Origin: Butyricicoccaceae bacterium
GTDB taxonomy: Bacteria > Bacillota > Clostridia > Oscillospirales > Acutalibacteraceae
Reading direction: 5' to 3'
DNA length: 64,000 nucleotides
Assembly: GCA_963638085.1 (NCBI GenBank)
Contig: CAVHPJ010000010.1
Span: 1,805 to 65,804, forward strand
Part shown: positions 27,384-38,090 of the stretch, one piece after another
How the letters are laid out: each line of letters opens with the position of its first letter
Numbering within the stretch: position 1 is the first letter of the stretch
Made by a program: the position numbers and the translations under genes
Notes under the pieces: model-generated
Told to the model about the DNA's origin: nothing
What the model saw: only the letters and a program-made list of their open reading frames with translations
Databases searched by the model: none

Positions 27384-28856
27384 CTATTTGTGATGATACT
27401 GCAACAGGAAGCGGGAAAGTTCCTCTTTCTGTTCCTGTAACTTTTCAAACCGCGTATTGTATTCATACGGATATTTGAAATGAAACAGACGGGAAATAGC
27501 ATTCGTGTCAGGCACCTTTAATTTGGTAACTGCTCCTGCTCCACAGGAAAGGATGCTATGACATTCCTCCATCATATAAATGTTGTAATAACATTCATGG
27601 TCCGGTTTGCACCAACCCACATTCTCTAAATTCCCAACAGAGCGGGTTTGGCGGTATAGATAATACGGCAGATGCCCAGCAGAACGCAACTGTTTTTCTG
27701 CTGTATGCAACATTTTTGCCGTATCTTTTCCTCTGGAAAATAATTCTTCTGTCGGGACCAAGTTGGAAGAACGTTTATAGGCAAGCGTATGTACTGTAAC
27801 AGACTCTGGATTAAGAGCCAAAACAGCCTCCAAAGACCGTTCAAAGTTCTCCGGTGTATCCCCTTCCAACCCAGCAATCAAATCCATGTTAATATCCTGA
27901 AAGCCAAGACTACGTGCATCCTGAAAACAGGAGATAATCTCCTTGACGGTATGATTTCGTCCTATGCTTTGCAAAATGGAATCTGTCATAGTTTGGGGAT
28001 TAATGCTGACTCTGGTTACTCCACCCTGCCGGATAGCTTCCCATTTTGCAAGAGTCATGGTATCCGGACGACCTGCCTCAAAGGTAAATTCCCGTGCCGT
28101 AGAAAGGTCAAATTCTGATTGAATGGTGCCAAGCAAAGCGGTAATCTGCTCTTCCGATAACGTGGACGGTGTTCCGCCGCCAATGTAAACCGATTCCAAA
28201 CGCAGATTACTATCCCGTACCAGTTCTGCCGTCTGCTGTAATTCCTTTAATAACAGTTCTACATAAACCGGGAGCAGTTTTTTTGCACCCGGCGAGGAAA
28301 TCGAGTGGGATACAAAAGAGCAATAGGAGCAACGATTCGGGCAAAACGGAATGGAAACATAAAGACTGTAGGAATTGGGCGTGGAAGTTGCCAAAATCCG
28401 TTCTTCCGCTTCCGATACCTGACAAACCAGTTCCGCTTTTTCCGGACTAACTAGCAAATCTTTTTGAAAATGCTCTTTAGCAGCTTCTGCGCCGGACTGG
28501 GCCATATATGTGGTCATCAGCTTGGAAGGCCGCACCCCAGTCAAAATGCCCCAGGGAGGCGTTATTCCGGTTAATTCTGACAACGCGCGATACAAAACTC
28601 GTCCGGCCAGGATTTCTGTGGATTCCGTTACCGGTCCCTCTTCCTCCTGCTGCACGACAGTTCCGTTTCGTTCCGCCTGAATTTGAATTTTCTGCGATGT
28701 AGATTCTTCCGTTTTGGAAACTGTAATGACACCATTGGCATCCGTATGCAGATACGGTTCTTCTTCCCGAATCTGAAATTTTTCCTCCGGAAAAAAGGCC
28801 ATGCTTAGCTTTTCTATTTCATAGCGAAGCGGACAATGAATCAGGTTGATTACCAT
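27384..28856 (-). CDS. hemZ: Radical SAM coproporphyrinogen-dehydrogenase-like protein (HemZ family)
   Basis: CPNRCSYCSF radical-SAM motif, HemN-like core and the N-terminal HemZ-type extension (LRYEIEKL..FFPEE). Confidence 0.8.
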   Translation of the reverse strand: MVINLIHCPLRYEIEKLSMAFFPEEKFQIREEEPYLHTDANGVITVSKTEESTSQKIQIQAERNGTVVQQEEEGPVTESTEILAGRVLYRALSELTGITPPWGILTGVRPSKLMTTYMAQSGAEAAKEHFQKDLLVSPEKAELVCQVSEAEERILATSTPNSYSLYVSIPFCPNRCSYCSFVSHSISSPGAKKLLPVYVELLLKELQQTAELVRDSNLRLESVYIGGGTPSTLSEEQITALLGTIQSEFDLSTAREFTFEAGRPDTMTLAKWEAIRQGGVTRVSINPQTMTDSILQSIGRNHTVKEIISCFQDARSLGFQDINMDLIAGLEGDTPENFERSLEAVLALNPESVTVHTLAYKRSSNLVPTEELFSRGKDTAKMLHTAEKQLRSAGHLPYYLYRQTRSVGNLENVGWCKPDHECYYNIYMMEECHSILSCGAGAVTKLKVPDTNAISRLFHFKYPYEYNTRFEKLQEQKEELSRFLLQYHHK

Positions 28857-29479
28857 GTCATTCTCCTCATCATGCGGTTATGAGTCCGTTCAAAGTCTAA
28901 GCTGGTACTTGGACCGTGTCCGGGAAATACTTTATAGTCCCCTTCCAAGCTTCCCAGTTTATACAGGGAAGCGCGCATATCATCCATATTGCCACTGTAA
29001 AAATCCGTACGGCCATAGGTTTTAAAGAACAGGGTGTCACCTGAAAACATAAACTGATCCAGCAAATAGCAAAGGCTGCCTTTGGTATGACCAGGTGTGG
29101 CAATGACGGTAATTTCTTTTCCTGCAAAAGGAATCTTGTCCCCTTCTCCGACGGTTTGGTCAGCCGGAACCGGGGTCTGTTCTGACGGATTGGCACCGGA
29201 ATATTTGGCATCCGTCAGATAGACGGCATCCGGTTCAGAAATCAGAATTTTTGCATCTGGGAACTGCTCTTTTAAAAAGGCAACGCCAAGAATATGATCA
29301 TAGTGACCGTGGGTCAGAAGAATATACTTTAATTCCTTCATGCCCATGTCCCGTAAGGCTGACACAAACTCCGGAGAAGGGGTTCCGGGATCCACTACCA
29401 AGGCTTGGCCCGATACCTCCTCTACTACCAGATAACAATTTTCTTCCAGTGCACCATTTACTATTGTTTTTAACTTCAA
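28850..29479 (-). CDS. MBL-fold metallo-hydrolase (glyoxalase II-like)
   Basis: THGHYDH metal motif. AGGAGG lies 8 nt before a TTG at 29479 (LKLKTIV...). The longer ORF would overlap dtd. Confidence 0.85.
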   Translation of the reverse strand: MKLKTIVNGALEENCYLVVEEVSGQALVVDPGTPSPEFVSALRDMGMKELKYILLTHGHYDHILGVAFLKEQFPDAKILISEPDAVYLTDAKYSGANPSEQTPVPADQTVGEGDKIPFAGKEITVIATPGHTKGSLCYLLDQFMFSGDTLFFKTYGRTDFYSGNMDDMRASLYKLGSLEGDYKVFPGHGPSTSLDFERTHNRMMRRMTW

Positions 29480-29499
29480 AATGGGTGCCTCCTTTGATC

Positions 29500-29964
29500 T
29501 TATGCTTTTCTTGTAACCCACTGTGTTGTGTCATACACAATGGTAACCGGTCCGTCATTCAGTAAGCGAACCTTCATGTCGGCACCAAAGATGCCGTGTT
29601 TTACTTCCTTTACCCCATTGGCCCGAAGCTGCTCCATGAAATATTCATAGAGCGGGATGGCCTGTTCTGGCCGCGCCGCCTGGATAAAAGACGGCCGATT
29701 TCCCTTTTTGGTATCTGCCAACAGCGTAAACTGAGAAATGACCAGGCAGGCATAATTCAAATCCAGTAAGGATAAATTCATTTTTTCATCTGCATCTTCA
29801 AAGATGCGCAGGTTGGCAACTTTTTTTGCCAGGACTTCAGCATCTTCTTTGCTGTCGTCTTCATGAACCCCCAGCAAAATTAAAAAGCCGTTTTGGATTT
29901 CGGAAACGAGTTCGTTTTCTACGGTAACGGAAGCTTCCGTTACCCTTTGGATGACTGCTTTCAA
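29500..29964 (-). CDS. dtd: D-aminoacyl-tRNA deacylase
   Basis: MKAVIQRV...SQFTLLADTKKGNRPSF...GIFGADM. TTG start with an AAGGAGG RBS. Confidence 0.95.
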   Translation of the reverse strand: MKAVIQRVTEASVTVENELVSEIQNGFLILLGVHEDDSKEDAEVLAKKVANLRIFEDADEKMNLSLLDLNYACLVISQFTLLADTKKGNRPSFIQAARPEQAIPLYEYFMEQLRANGVKEVKHGIFGADMKVRLLNDGPVTIVYDTTQWVTRKA

Positions 29965-29976
29965 CTTAGTTCCTCC

Positions 29977-32253
29977 TTAAATTCCAGTTCGTTCAACATC
30001 TATAACACTATCCAGCTTCCGTAAATGCCGAATGACCGTGTTCAGATGATCGGCTCCGTTAACGCTGACCGTAATGGTAAGCAGAATATTACCGCCTTTG
30101 GCAGGCGTAGAGGAAATGCGCTGAATGTAAACATGCATGGATGCAAGGTCTGTTGAAATATCTGCCAGCAGGCCAATTTTATCCAGGCAGAAAATATTAA
30201 TAGTGGCGTTAAAGGTTTCCTTGACGTTGTCTGCCCAGCGAACCGCAACCCAGCGTTCCGGTTCTGCTGCAGCTTCCAGGTCCTTTGGCACGTTAGTGCA
30301 ATCCCGTTTGTGAACAGAAACACCGTGTCCTCTAGTAATGAAACCAATAATTTCATCTCCGGGAAGCGGGTTACAGCAACGGGACAGTTTGACAAGGCAA
30401 TTTTCTATGCCGTCCACAATAACACCTTCACTGCTGGCATGATGCTGCGGCTGTGTCGTTGCTTCTTTGGAACCATTTCCGGGCAACTCTTTGTTGGCCT
30501 TGACAATCTTGCTGTATTCTTCACGGATAAACGGCATAACGTTATCCATAGTTATGCTTCCGTATCCAATGGCAGCGTAAAAGTCATCCGTCTGCTCAAA
30601 GGATTTCTTTTCCGTCAGGGAAGCAATCAGGCTGGCGTATTCTTCTTCCGAAAAATGCATCCGGTTCCGGCGGATGGTTTTTTCCAGTTCAATCCGGCCT
30701 TCTTCAATATTTTCTTCCCGCCGTTCTTTCTTAAACCAGGAACGGATTTTCGTCCGTGCGCCACTGGTCTTAACAATTTTCAGCCAGTCACGGGAGGGAC
30801 CTTTGTTCGGGTCCGGAGAGCGCAGAATTTCCACAATTTCACCGGTTTTGACCTGATAGTCCAAAGGCACAATCCGGCCATCTACCTTGGCGCCAATCAT
30901 GCGGTGTCCAACCTGGGTATGAATGGCATAGGCAAAGTCAATAACGGTAGATCCTGCCGGAATATTAATGACGTCTCCTTTGGGTGTGAAAACAAATACA
31001 TCGTCCGGGACAAAATCATTTTTAATGGTTTTTACAATTTCCTCTACGTCATCTGCATCTTTCTGGTTTTCCAGCAAACGGCGAATCCAGACAATCTGCT
31101 CTTCAAACCGGGAGCTGCTGGACTTGTCTCCTAACTTATACTTCCAGTGCGCAGCAATACCATATTCTGCCGTCTGATGCATTTCCCTGGTACGGATTTG
31201 TACTTCAAACGGAATTCCGCCTTCGGAAATAACGGTAGTGTGCAAGGACTGGTACATGTTGGACTTTGGTGTGGAAATATAGTCCTTAAACCGACCCGGC
31301 AAAGAGTGATACATATCATGAATAATGCCAAGACAGTTGTAACAATCCGCTACCGTATCCACAATAATACGGCAGGCATAGACATCATAAATTTCATTAA
31401 ATTCTTTGTTTTGCAGGAACATCTTACGGTAAATTCCGTAGATGGACTTCCGTCTTCCGTAAATTTCTGCTTTCGGGAAGGTTTGATGAATGCGTTCGGA
31501 AATCCGCTCCAGAGTGTCATCAATCAAATCCGGATGAGCTGCTTCCTCTTCCTTCAACAGGTTTTCAATCATTTCATAACCGTAACGGTCAAGATAACGA
31601 ATGGCAAGATCTTCCAGTTGCTCTTTGATGGAACTGATGCCCAGACGGTGCGCAATAGGAGCATAAATTTCAAGGGTTTCCAGAGCCTTATCAATTTGTT
31701 TTTGCGGACGCATATATTCCAGCGTACGCATATTGTGCAAACGGTCCGCCAGTTTAATGATAATGACACGGATGTCCTGGGACATAGCAATCAGCATTTT
31801 ACGAATGTTTTCTGCTTGCCGTTCTTCCCATGTGGCAGTGGGCACTTTACCCAATTTAGTAACGCCATCTACCAAATTGGCTACATCTTTTCCAAAGGTC
31901 TCTTCAATATCCTGTAAAGTGATATCGGTGTCTTCTACTACATCGTGCAATAAAGCGGCAATCAGGGATTCATGATCCATTCCAAGATCAAACAGAATCC
32001 GGGAAACTGCAACCGGATGCATAATGTAAGGCTCTCCGGAAAAGCGAATTTGTCCTGCATGCGCCTTGGATGCCATGGCATAAGCCTTTTCCATTAGGGC
32101 AATTTCATCCGGATCATACTGCGTTGGAAATAAAGCACGTAATTCGGAAAAACCGTCGTCTTCATGGGCCGGATTCACCGGTTTATTGGCTGGTGCCTTT
32201 TGTGGCATTTCGTCTTGATGTGTGACTTCATGTGCTACTTCATGTTCTGACAT
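29977..32253 (-). CDS. rel: Bifunctional (p)ppGpp synthetase/hydrolase (RelA/SpoT homolog)
   Basis: HD domain (HDVVEDT), synthetase domain (YRSLHT-like QSLHTTV, EVQIRT), TGS and ACT regions. Confidence 0.95.
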   Translation of the reverse strand: MSEHEVAHEVTHQDEMPQKAPANKPVNPAHEDDGFSELRALFPTQYDPDEIALMEKAYAMASKAHAGQIRFSGEPYIMHPVAVSRILFDLGMDHESLIAALLHDVVEDTDITLQDIEETFGKDVANLVDGVTKLGKVPTATWEERQAENIRKMLIAMSQDIRVIIIKLADRLHNMRTLEYMRPQKQIDKALETLEIYAPIAHRLGISSIKEQLEDLAIRYLDRYGYEMIENLLKEEEAAHPDLIDDTLERISERIHQTFPKAEIYGRRKSIYGIYRKMFLQNKEFNEIYDVYACRIIVDTVADCYNCLGIIHDMYHSLPGRFKDYISTPKSNMYQSLHTTVISEGGIPFEVQIRTREMHQTAEYGIAAHWKYKLGDKSSSSRFEEQIVWIRRLLENQKDADDVEEIVKTIKNDFVPDDVFVFTPKGDVINIPAGSTVIDFAYAIHTQVGHRMIGAKVDGRIVPLDYQVKTGEIVEILRSPDPNKGPSRDWLKIVKTSGARTKIRSWFKKERREENIEEGRIELEKTIRRNRMHFSEEEYASLIASLTEKKSFEQTDDFYAAIGYGSITMDNVMPFIREEYSKIVKANKELPGNGSKEATTQPQHHASSEGVIVDGIENCLVKLSRCCNPLPGDEIIGFITRGHGVSVHKRDCTNVPKDLEAAAEPERWVAVRWADNVKETFNATINIFCLDKIGLLADISTDLASMHVYIQRISSTPAKGGNILLTITVSVNGADHLNTVIRHLRKLDSVIDVERTGI

Positions 32254-32269
32254 GATATCACCTCCTGCT

Positions 32270-34309
32270 TTAGGTTAAATATTGCCGAATCTGTTGCAAA
32301 ATGGGTGCGGTTTGCAAATCAACCTTTTCCGTAACGGCAGGGACGGTTAGCAAACCCTGGTCATCCAATTCCAACAGGTGCAATTCCTTCATGGCCATTA
32401 AAGCCACTCTGGTTTTACACAAATTATTATTCGGCACATTGGTCTTGTAATATAAGAATTCATACGCCTGGGTGTCATAGGGAACCCCTTGTTTTAAGAA
32501 CGTATAAAGACTTACAAAAATACTTCGGTCAGGCAACGCATACGCCGCCTGCTCCGCAGACAAAACGGTTCCGGCCCGGATGCGGTCAAAGACAGCTTCG
32601 CCTTCTACCATAAGCCGGTCATCGGCCCCGGCAGGCCGGATATCCTGCACAATAACGGACACGGATTCCGTGCCGTTATAGGAGTTCCGGCTAAGGGTAC
32701 AAACCATGTCCACCTTATCCCCTTTTCCGTAAGGAAAATGGGGATCCGAGAAGCGGACAACGGAAATACCAGCTGTATGGTTTTCCTTGTGCACTTGTAA
32801 ACGGATATGCTGTCCGCTGTCTCCCATGTGGCGGACCTGTTCAATTACCACATTAAACAGGCCGAAGACCGGACTGGGATTATCCGTGCCAAAAGGCTCC
32901 AGTAGTTCTATGGAATCCAGCAGGCGAAGCTGGACCGCTTCCGGCAACAGCTTACAGTCTATCCGCAGCTTGGGAAAAACCGGATCCTGTTGATACGCAA
33001 ATTGGTTAATAGCCTTGATAAAATCTGGCAAAGCGTCTTCTGCCACTGTCATACCGGCAGCCAGTTCATGGCCGCCATAGGCCAGTAGGTATTGGTTGCA
33101 CGCTTTTAAGGCGTGATAAATATGGAAGCCTTCCACGCTCCGGCAGGAGCCTTTATAAGTGTTTCCTTTTTTTGTCAAGATAATTACCGGACGCAGGTAC
33201 CTGGCTAAGAGCTTAGAGGCAACAATGCCAAGCACTCCTTCGTGCCAGTCTTCGCCGTAAACCACAAGGACCGGCAGGTGCGGAACCGTCGGATGCTCTT
33301 TCAGCCAGGCAACGGATTCCCGGTAAATTTTCTGTTCTGCTTCGTGGCGGCGGGTATTTAGTTCTTCTAACTGCTCCGCCATTTCCTGTGCCGCCTGGGA
33401 ATCCTCTGCCAGCAGAAGATCCAGCGCCTGTTCCGCACTTTCCATGCGGCCTGCGGCATTAATGCGCGGCGCCAGGCCAAAGGATATATTCTGGGAGGTC
33501 AGCGTTTTCCCGGCCAGCCCGCACTTGTCTACCAGTGCGGTAACGCCGGGGCGCGGATCCGCATTTAATGCGTCCAGGCCAAGCTTTACCAGTTTGCGGT
33601 TTTCTCCGGTCAGCGGTACTAAGTCAGCCACCGTACCGATGGCCACAAGGTCAATATAATTGGCAATAACACTATCTTGGCTGCCTTCCATGGCACACGC
33701 CAGTTTAAAAGCAACCCCGACACCGCAGTAATCTTCAAAAGGGCATTCAGAATCTGCTCTGTGCGGATCTACTACTGCAACACAGTCAGGAAGTACCTCG
33801 CCGGGAAGATGGTGATCCGTAACAATCAAATCCATGCCCTTTTCCCGGATATAATCAGCCTCTTCCGTTGCAGCAATGCCATTGTCTACCGTAATAATCA
33901 GGCGGGTATCCATGGCCTGCATTCGGTCAATAACGCCACGGCTAAGGCCGTAGCCATCCGTTTCCCGATCCGGCAACAGATAAACAACGTCTGCGCCCTG
34001 TGCTTCCAGGTAAGAATACAGCAGGGCTGTAGAGGTAACACCGTCTGCATCATAGTCTCCAAAAACACAAATGCGTTCTTCGGAAAAGATGGCTTCGTCA
34101 ATCCTGTCTACTGCCACTTGCATATCCGGTAGCAAAAACGGATTGATGAGTTCTTCCGAGGTATCAAAGAAAGCATCCAACTGTTCCTTCGTTTTCATAC
34201 CCCGTTGGGAAAGCAACAATGCGGCAAACGGATCCAGGGAATACGTTTCCGAAATTTGTGCTGCTAAATCCTTATCCGGATTGCCTAAACTCCAAATTTT
34301 TCGGCCCAT
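32270..34309 (-). CDS. recJ: Single-stranded-DNA-specific exonuclease RecJ
   Basis: DHH-family motifs (GDYDADGV, TVDNG, VTDHH) and DHHA1 (GGHELAAG). Confidence 0.95.
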   Translation of the reverse strand: MGRKIWSLGNPDKDLAAQISETYSLDPFAALLLSQRGMKTKEQLDAFFDTSEELINPFLLPDMQVAVDRIDEAIFSEERICVFGDYDADGVTSTALLYSYLEAQGADVVYLLPDRETDGYGLSRGVIDRMQAMDTRLIITVDNGIAATEEADYIREKGMDLIVTDHHLPGEVLPDCVAVVDPHRADSECPFEDYCGVGVAFKLACAMEGSQDSVIANYIDLVAIGTVADLVPLTGENRKLVKLGLDALNADPRPGVTALVDKCGLAGKTLTSQNISFGLAPRINAAGRMESAEQALDLLLAEDSQAAQEMAEQLEELNTRRHEAEQKIYRESVAWLKEHPTVPHLPVLVVYGEDWHEGVLGIVASKLLARYLRPVIILTKKGNTYKGSCRSVEGFHIYHALKACNQYLLAYGGHELAAGMTVAEDALPDFIKAINQFAYQQDPVFPKLRIDCKLLPEAVQLRLLDSIELLEPFGTDNPSPVFGLFNVVIEQVRHMGDSGQHIRLQVHKENHTAGISVVRFSDPHFPYGKGDKVDMVCTLSRNSYNGTESVSVIVQDIRPAGADDRLMVEGEAVFDRIRAGTVLSAEQAAYALPDRSIFVSLYTFLKQGVPYDTQAYEFLYYKTNVPNNNLCKTRVALMAMKELHLLELDDQGLLTVPAVTEKVDLQTAPILQQIRQYLT

Positions 34310-34358
34310 ATTCCCACCTCCTTAAAACCTAGTTATTTTACCATAAAAAGCCGATAAA

Positions 34359-34396
34359 TAAAACAAAAAAGGCTCTGAGAAAAACCTCAGAACCTT
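34359..34396 (-). terminator. Rho-independent terminator after tRNA-Ala
   Basis: On the minus strand: AAGGUUCUGAG-GUUUUU-CUCAGAGCCUU followed by UUUUGUUUUAUU. Confidence 0.8.
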
Positions 34397-34401
34397 TTGC
34401 G

Positions 34402-34477
<76 letters not shown>

Positions 34478-34588
34478 GTAAGCACTTGCTTATATTACCA
34501 TATGGTTTCCGGAATTGCAAGACCCTTTTCCTTGTTTGAACTCCTCTTTTGCATTATACTGGAAGTAACTTGGAAAGGATGTGTTCCC

Positions 34589-36589
34589 ATGAATCGGAAT
34601 CGGCCCATTTCAGAACAGGAATTGGACTATTTACGGCTGTTGGCAAAAGAGTACCCTAACGAACAGGTTTGTGCAACCGAAATCATCAACTTAAATGCCA
34701 TTCTTGGCCTACCAAAGCCAACTGAGCATTTTATGTCTGATCTGCACGGTGAATATGAAGCCTTTACCCAAATCATGAGAAGTGCATCCGGCGCCATCCG
34801 GGAGAAAATTGATATGCTGTATCAGGACAGCATGTCTTCCGAAGAGCGGGCGGAACTTGCTACCTTAATTTATTATCCCAAAGAAAAAATGAAGCAGATT
34901 CTTCCCTGGGTCAATGACAAAACCGAATGGTATGTGCAAACCCTCCATTATCTGATTGAAATCTGTCACTCCGTTTCCTTCAAATATACCCGTTCCAAGG
35001 TCCGGAAAGCCTTGCCGGAAGAATACGCCTATGTTATTGATGAATTGCTGAACGCCGATTTTACCATGCATAACAAAATGGAATACTATGACACCATTTT
35101 AAACGGCATTATTGAAGTTGGAAAAGCAGAAGATTTTATCTGTGCCATGTGCAATGTCATCAATTATCTGATTGTGGATAAAATCCATATTATCGGTGAC
35201 ATCTATGACCGCGGACCACGGGCAGACTACATCATGGATTCCCTGATGGATCACCACAACGTGGATATCCAATGGGGAAACCATGACATTATCTGGATGG
35301 GCGCCGCGGCCGGGTCCCCAGTGTGCATTCTGACCGTCCTGTCCAACTCCATTCTGTACCACAACTTAGACGTCATAGAATTCGGATACGGTATCAGTCT
35401 TCGCCCGTTATACATCTTTGCCAATGACTACTACGGCTTGACAGACGTTACCTGTTTTGCCACCCGCATCATGGATCCAAAGGACTTACAAAAATTAAGT
35501 GAAGTGGATTTGGAGCGGACGGCCAGAATGTCCAAGGCCACCGACATTTTATTATTTAAGCTAATGGGCCAGGTCATTTCCCGCAATCCGGATTTCCAAA
35601 TGGATGACCGCCTGTTACTGAATCAGGTAGATTATGATTTAGCCAAGGTGGAAATTGACGGGAAAACGTACTCTATGCATGACTGTGATTTTCCCACTGT
35701 AGACATCTCCCACCCCTACCATATTACCGAAGCGGAACAAAACTTAATTGATGAATTGGTTTTGGCCTTCAAAAGCTCGGAGCGATTACAACGCCATGTC
35801 CGTTATCTGTATTCCAACGGTAACATGTATAAAAGGTACAACGGGAACCTCCTATTCCACGGCGGCATTCCCATGGATCCAGATGGGTCCTTTACCCAAG
35901 TGGAATTTGATGGCGAACTTTACTCCGGAAAGCGATTATTGGACTACTGTGAAAAGCAGGCCCGTAACGCCTACCATGCACCGGAAGGTTCTTCTGAGCG
36001 CCTGAAGGGAATGGATTTCTGCTGGTATCTTTGGTGTGGTCCTAACTCGCCCTTATATGCCAGAAGCAAGATGACCACCTTTGAACGCCGTTTTCTTTCG
36101 GATAAGTCCACCTGGGTAGAGCAAAAGAATCCATACTATCAGTTCATTAACACTGCGGAAGGATGCGAAAAAATCCTGCAAGAATTCGGTTTGACCGCTG
36201 ACCACTGTCATATTATCAACGGCCATGTTCCGGTTCGTTCCAAGGACGGAGAATCTCCGGTCAAAGGTAACGGAAAGCTGATTGTTATTGATGGTGGCTT
36301 TTCTAAGGCCTATCAGAAAACCACAGGCATTGCCGGCTACACCCTGATTTACAACTCCAGACACATGGCCATTTCTGCACATGAACCTTTTGCCGGCAAG
36401 GAAACTGCCCTCAAGCAAAACAAAGATATTGTTTCCTCCGTTGTCCTTACGGAAGAGCTGGACCACCGCATCAAAATCCGGGAAACAGACATTGGCCAGC
36501 AGCTTCAGAAAAACGTAGACTACTTAAAGCAACTGATTGAAGCCTATCGCCAGGGCTATATTCAGGAGCAACACAGAAAGAAAGGATAA
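34589..36589 (+). CDS. fbp: Fructose-1,6-bisphosphatase, class 3 (Firmicute type)
   Basis: 666 aa from the ATG at 34589 (MNRNRPISEQELDYL...). Metallophosphoesterase motifs SDLHGE, GDIYDRGP and GNHD. The ORF-track extension from 34397 overlaps the tRNA and is rejected. Confidence 0.9.
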   Translation: MNRNRPISEQELDYLRLLAKEYPNEQVCATEIINLNAILGLPKPTEHFMSDLHGEYEAFTQIMRSASGAIREKIDMLYQDSMSSEERAELATLIYYPKEKMKQILPWVNDKTEWYVQTLHYLIEICHSVSFKYTRSKVRKALPEEYAYVIDELLNADFTMHNKMEYYDTILNGIIEVGKAEDFICAMCNVINYLIVDKIHIIGDIYDRGPRADYIMDSLMDHHNVDIQWGNHDIIWMGAAAGSPVCILTVLSNSILYHNLDVIEFGYGISLRPLYIFANDYYGLTDVTCFATRIMDPKDLQKLSEVDLERTARMSKATDILLFKLMGQVISRNPDFQMDDRLLLNQVDYDLAKVEIDGKTYSMHDCDFPTVDISHPYHITEAEQNLIDELVLAFKSSERLQRHVRYLYSNGNMYKRYNGNLLFHGGIPMDPDGSFTQVEFDGELYSGKRLLDYCEKQARNAYHAPEGSSERLKGMDFCWYLWCGPNSPLYARSKMTTFERRFLSDKSTWVEQKNPYYQFINTAEGCEKILQEFGLTADHCHIINGHVPVRSKDGESPVKGNGKLIVIDGGFSKAYQKTTGIAGYTLIYNSRHMAISAHEPFAGKETALKQNKDIVSSVVLTEELDHRIKIRETDIGQQLQKNVDYLKQLIEAYRQGYIQEQHRKKG

Positions 36590-36592
36590 GCC

Positions 36593-36892
36593 ATGGAACG
36601 GGAACGAATTGATTTTAGCCAGGACCGCGTTGCCTTTCGGCCGGACCGGCAACCACTCTTTTGCCAGACCTGCGGAACCAAAACGCAAATGCAAATCTTA
36701 GAAGCTTCTTTAGGAATGAATTCCTTTCAGTTGGTCTTTGCCAACCACACCAAAGATTTGTATTTCTTCTGCCCGGAATGCCATAGCGTTTATGCTTTGG
36801 ATGACGGGAAGCTTTGTGACCGCTTTGCGGATCATCCAGACCGCCACATTGCAGAGGCAGAACAAAAGCTCCGCTTCCTGTACCAATTGTAA
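36593..36892 (+). CDS. Small hypothetical protein with two CxxC pairs (zinc-ribbon-like)
   Basis: The ATG is 4 nt after the fbp stop, and AAAGGA lies inside the fbp 3' end. CQTCG ... CPECH motifs. I do not recognise a family. Confidence 0.5.
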   Translation: MERERIDFSQDRVAFRPDRQPLFCQTCGTKTQMQILEASLGMNSFQLVFANHTKDLYFFCPECHSVYALDDGKLCDRFADHPDRHIAEAEQKLRFLYQL

Positions 36893-36960
36893 TACACCCA
36901 GTTCCGGCAAAGCTCCGGTGCACTACAACCCCTTGGCACAATATTAAAACCGAAGATTCA

Positions 36961-37000
36961 CGACGAAAAGCCCGCCACAGAGTATCTTCTGCAGCGGGCT
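36961..37000 (-). terminator. Rho-independent terminator after rubrerythrin
   Basis: On the minus strand: AGCCCGC ... GCGGGCU with an extended imperfect inner stem, followed by UUUUCGUCG. Confidence 0.7.
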
Positions 37001-37034
37001 TCCCTTATGCTCCTACCTATTAAAAAAGAACGAA

Positions 37035-37628
37035 TTATTTGAAATAACGGTTCAGCATGCCTTCCAAAGCCTTGCCGTGGCGGGCTTCGTCTCTGGCCAT
37101 TTCATGAACGGTGTCATGGATAGCATCCAGGCCGTTCTTCTTGGCGCAGGTGGCAAGGTCTACTTTGCCGGCGGTTGCGCCATATTCGCAATCTACTCTC
37201 CAGGCAAGGTTGTCCTTGGTGGAAGCAGTCATCTTCGGTTCCAGGTCAGAGCCAAGCAGCTCTGCAAACTTGGCAGCGTGTTCTGCTTCTTCATAAGCAG
37301 CCTTTTCCCAGTAAAGGCCGATTTCCGGATAGCCTTCTCTGTGGGCAATTCTTGCCATGCACAGGTACATGCCGACTTCGGAGCATTCGCCGTTGAAGTT
37401 GGCAACCAGCTGTTCATAAATATATTTCTTATCTTCTTCGGAAATATCCGGGTTGTTCTTTACTGTCTTTTCATAAACGCCAAATTCGTGTTCTGCAGCC
37501 AGCTTCATGTCCCCTACTACTTCCTTGAATTTGTCAGCTCCAACATGACAAACCGGGCAGGTGAAATCTGCAGGAAGAGATTCGCCTTCATAAACATAGC
37601 CACAAACAGTACATACAAATTTTTTCAT
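37035..37628 (-). CDS. Reverse rubrerythrin (N-terminal rubredoxin-like domain, C-terminal ferritin-like diiron domain)
   Basis: CTVCGY...CPVC at the N-terminus. E..E..H-type diiron motifs ([16 protein letters not shown]). GGAGG lies 8 nt before the ATG at 37628. Confidence 0.9.
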   Translation of the reverse strand: MKKFVCTVCGYVYEGESLPADFTCPVCHVGADKFKEVVGDMKLAAEHEFGVYEKTVKNNPDISEEDKKYIYEQLVANFNGECSEVGMYLCMARIAHREGYPEIGLYWEKAAYEEAEHAAKFAELLGSDLEPKMTASTKDNLAWRVDCEYGATAGKVDLATCAKKNGLDAIHDTVHEMARDEARHGKALEGMLNRYFK

Positions 37629-37655
37629 AATAAATACCTCCAAAATACATTCTGA

Positions 37656-38054
37656 TTAAGATTCATTTGACGGGATTCCCCGTTGTTTACACTGCGAACA
37701 GATACCGTTAAAGGTTAAGTCATAGGAATCCAGGTTGGGATCTTGCTCCAAAATCTTTTCTACCCCGGGAATACTTGGAACCGGGTAATCATAAATCCGG
37801 TTACAGGAATAACAGTACAAATGATAATGCAGGGATACATCCGCATCAAAGTGATCTGCGGTTTCCGCATGTAAAATTCGTACCTGACCGGCGGCAGCCA
37901 ACTGTTTTAAGTTCCGGTAAACCGTTGCCAGACTGATATTGGGAACGGTCTCTTTAACAGAATCATACAGTTCTTCTGCAGTGGGATGATCATACCGAGA
38001 CGACAGGTTGGCATAAATGGCATCTCTTTGTTTGCTTTGTCTTAGCTTTGCCAT
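37656..38054 (-). CDS. Fur family transcriptional regulator (PerR-like)
   Basis: Winged-helix N-terminus (ISLATVYRNLKQL), HFDAD..H.H metal-site region and CYSC...CSQC structural zinc motif. It sits directly upstream of rubrerythrin. Confidence 0.8.
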   Translation of the reverse strand: MAKLRQSKQRDAIYANLSSRYDHPTAEELYDSVKETVPNISLATVYRNLKQLAAAGQVRILHAETADHFDADVSLHYHLYCYSCNRIYDYPVPSIPGVEKILEQDPNLDSYDLTFNGICSQCKQRGIPSNES

Positions 38055-38070
38055 TTGGCTCCCTCCTTAT

Positions 38071-38085
38071 CGATAATGATTATCA
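38071..38085. promoter_or_regulatory. Fur/PerR-type 7-1-7 operator
   Basis: CGATAATGATTATCA versus the Bacillus Fur-box 7-1-7 consensus TGATAATnATTATCA (14/15 match). It lies between the predicted -10 and the RBS of the perR-like gene. Confidence 0.65.
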
Positions 38086-38090
38086 TTTAT

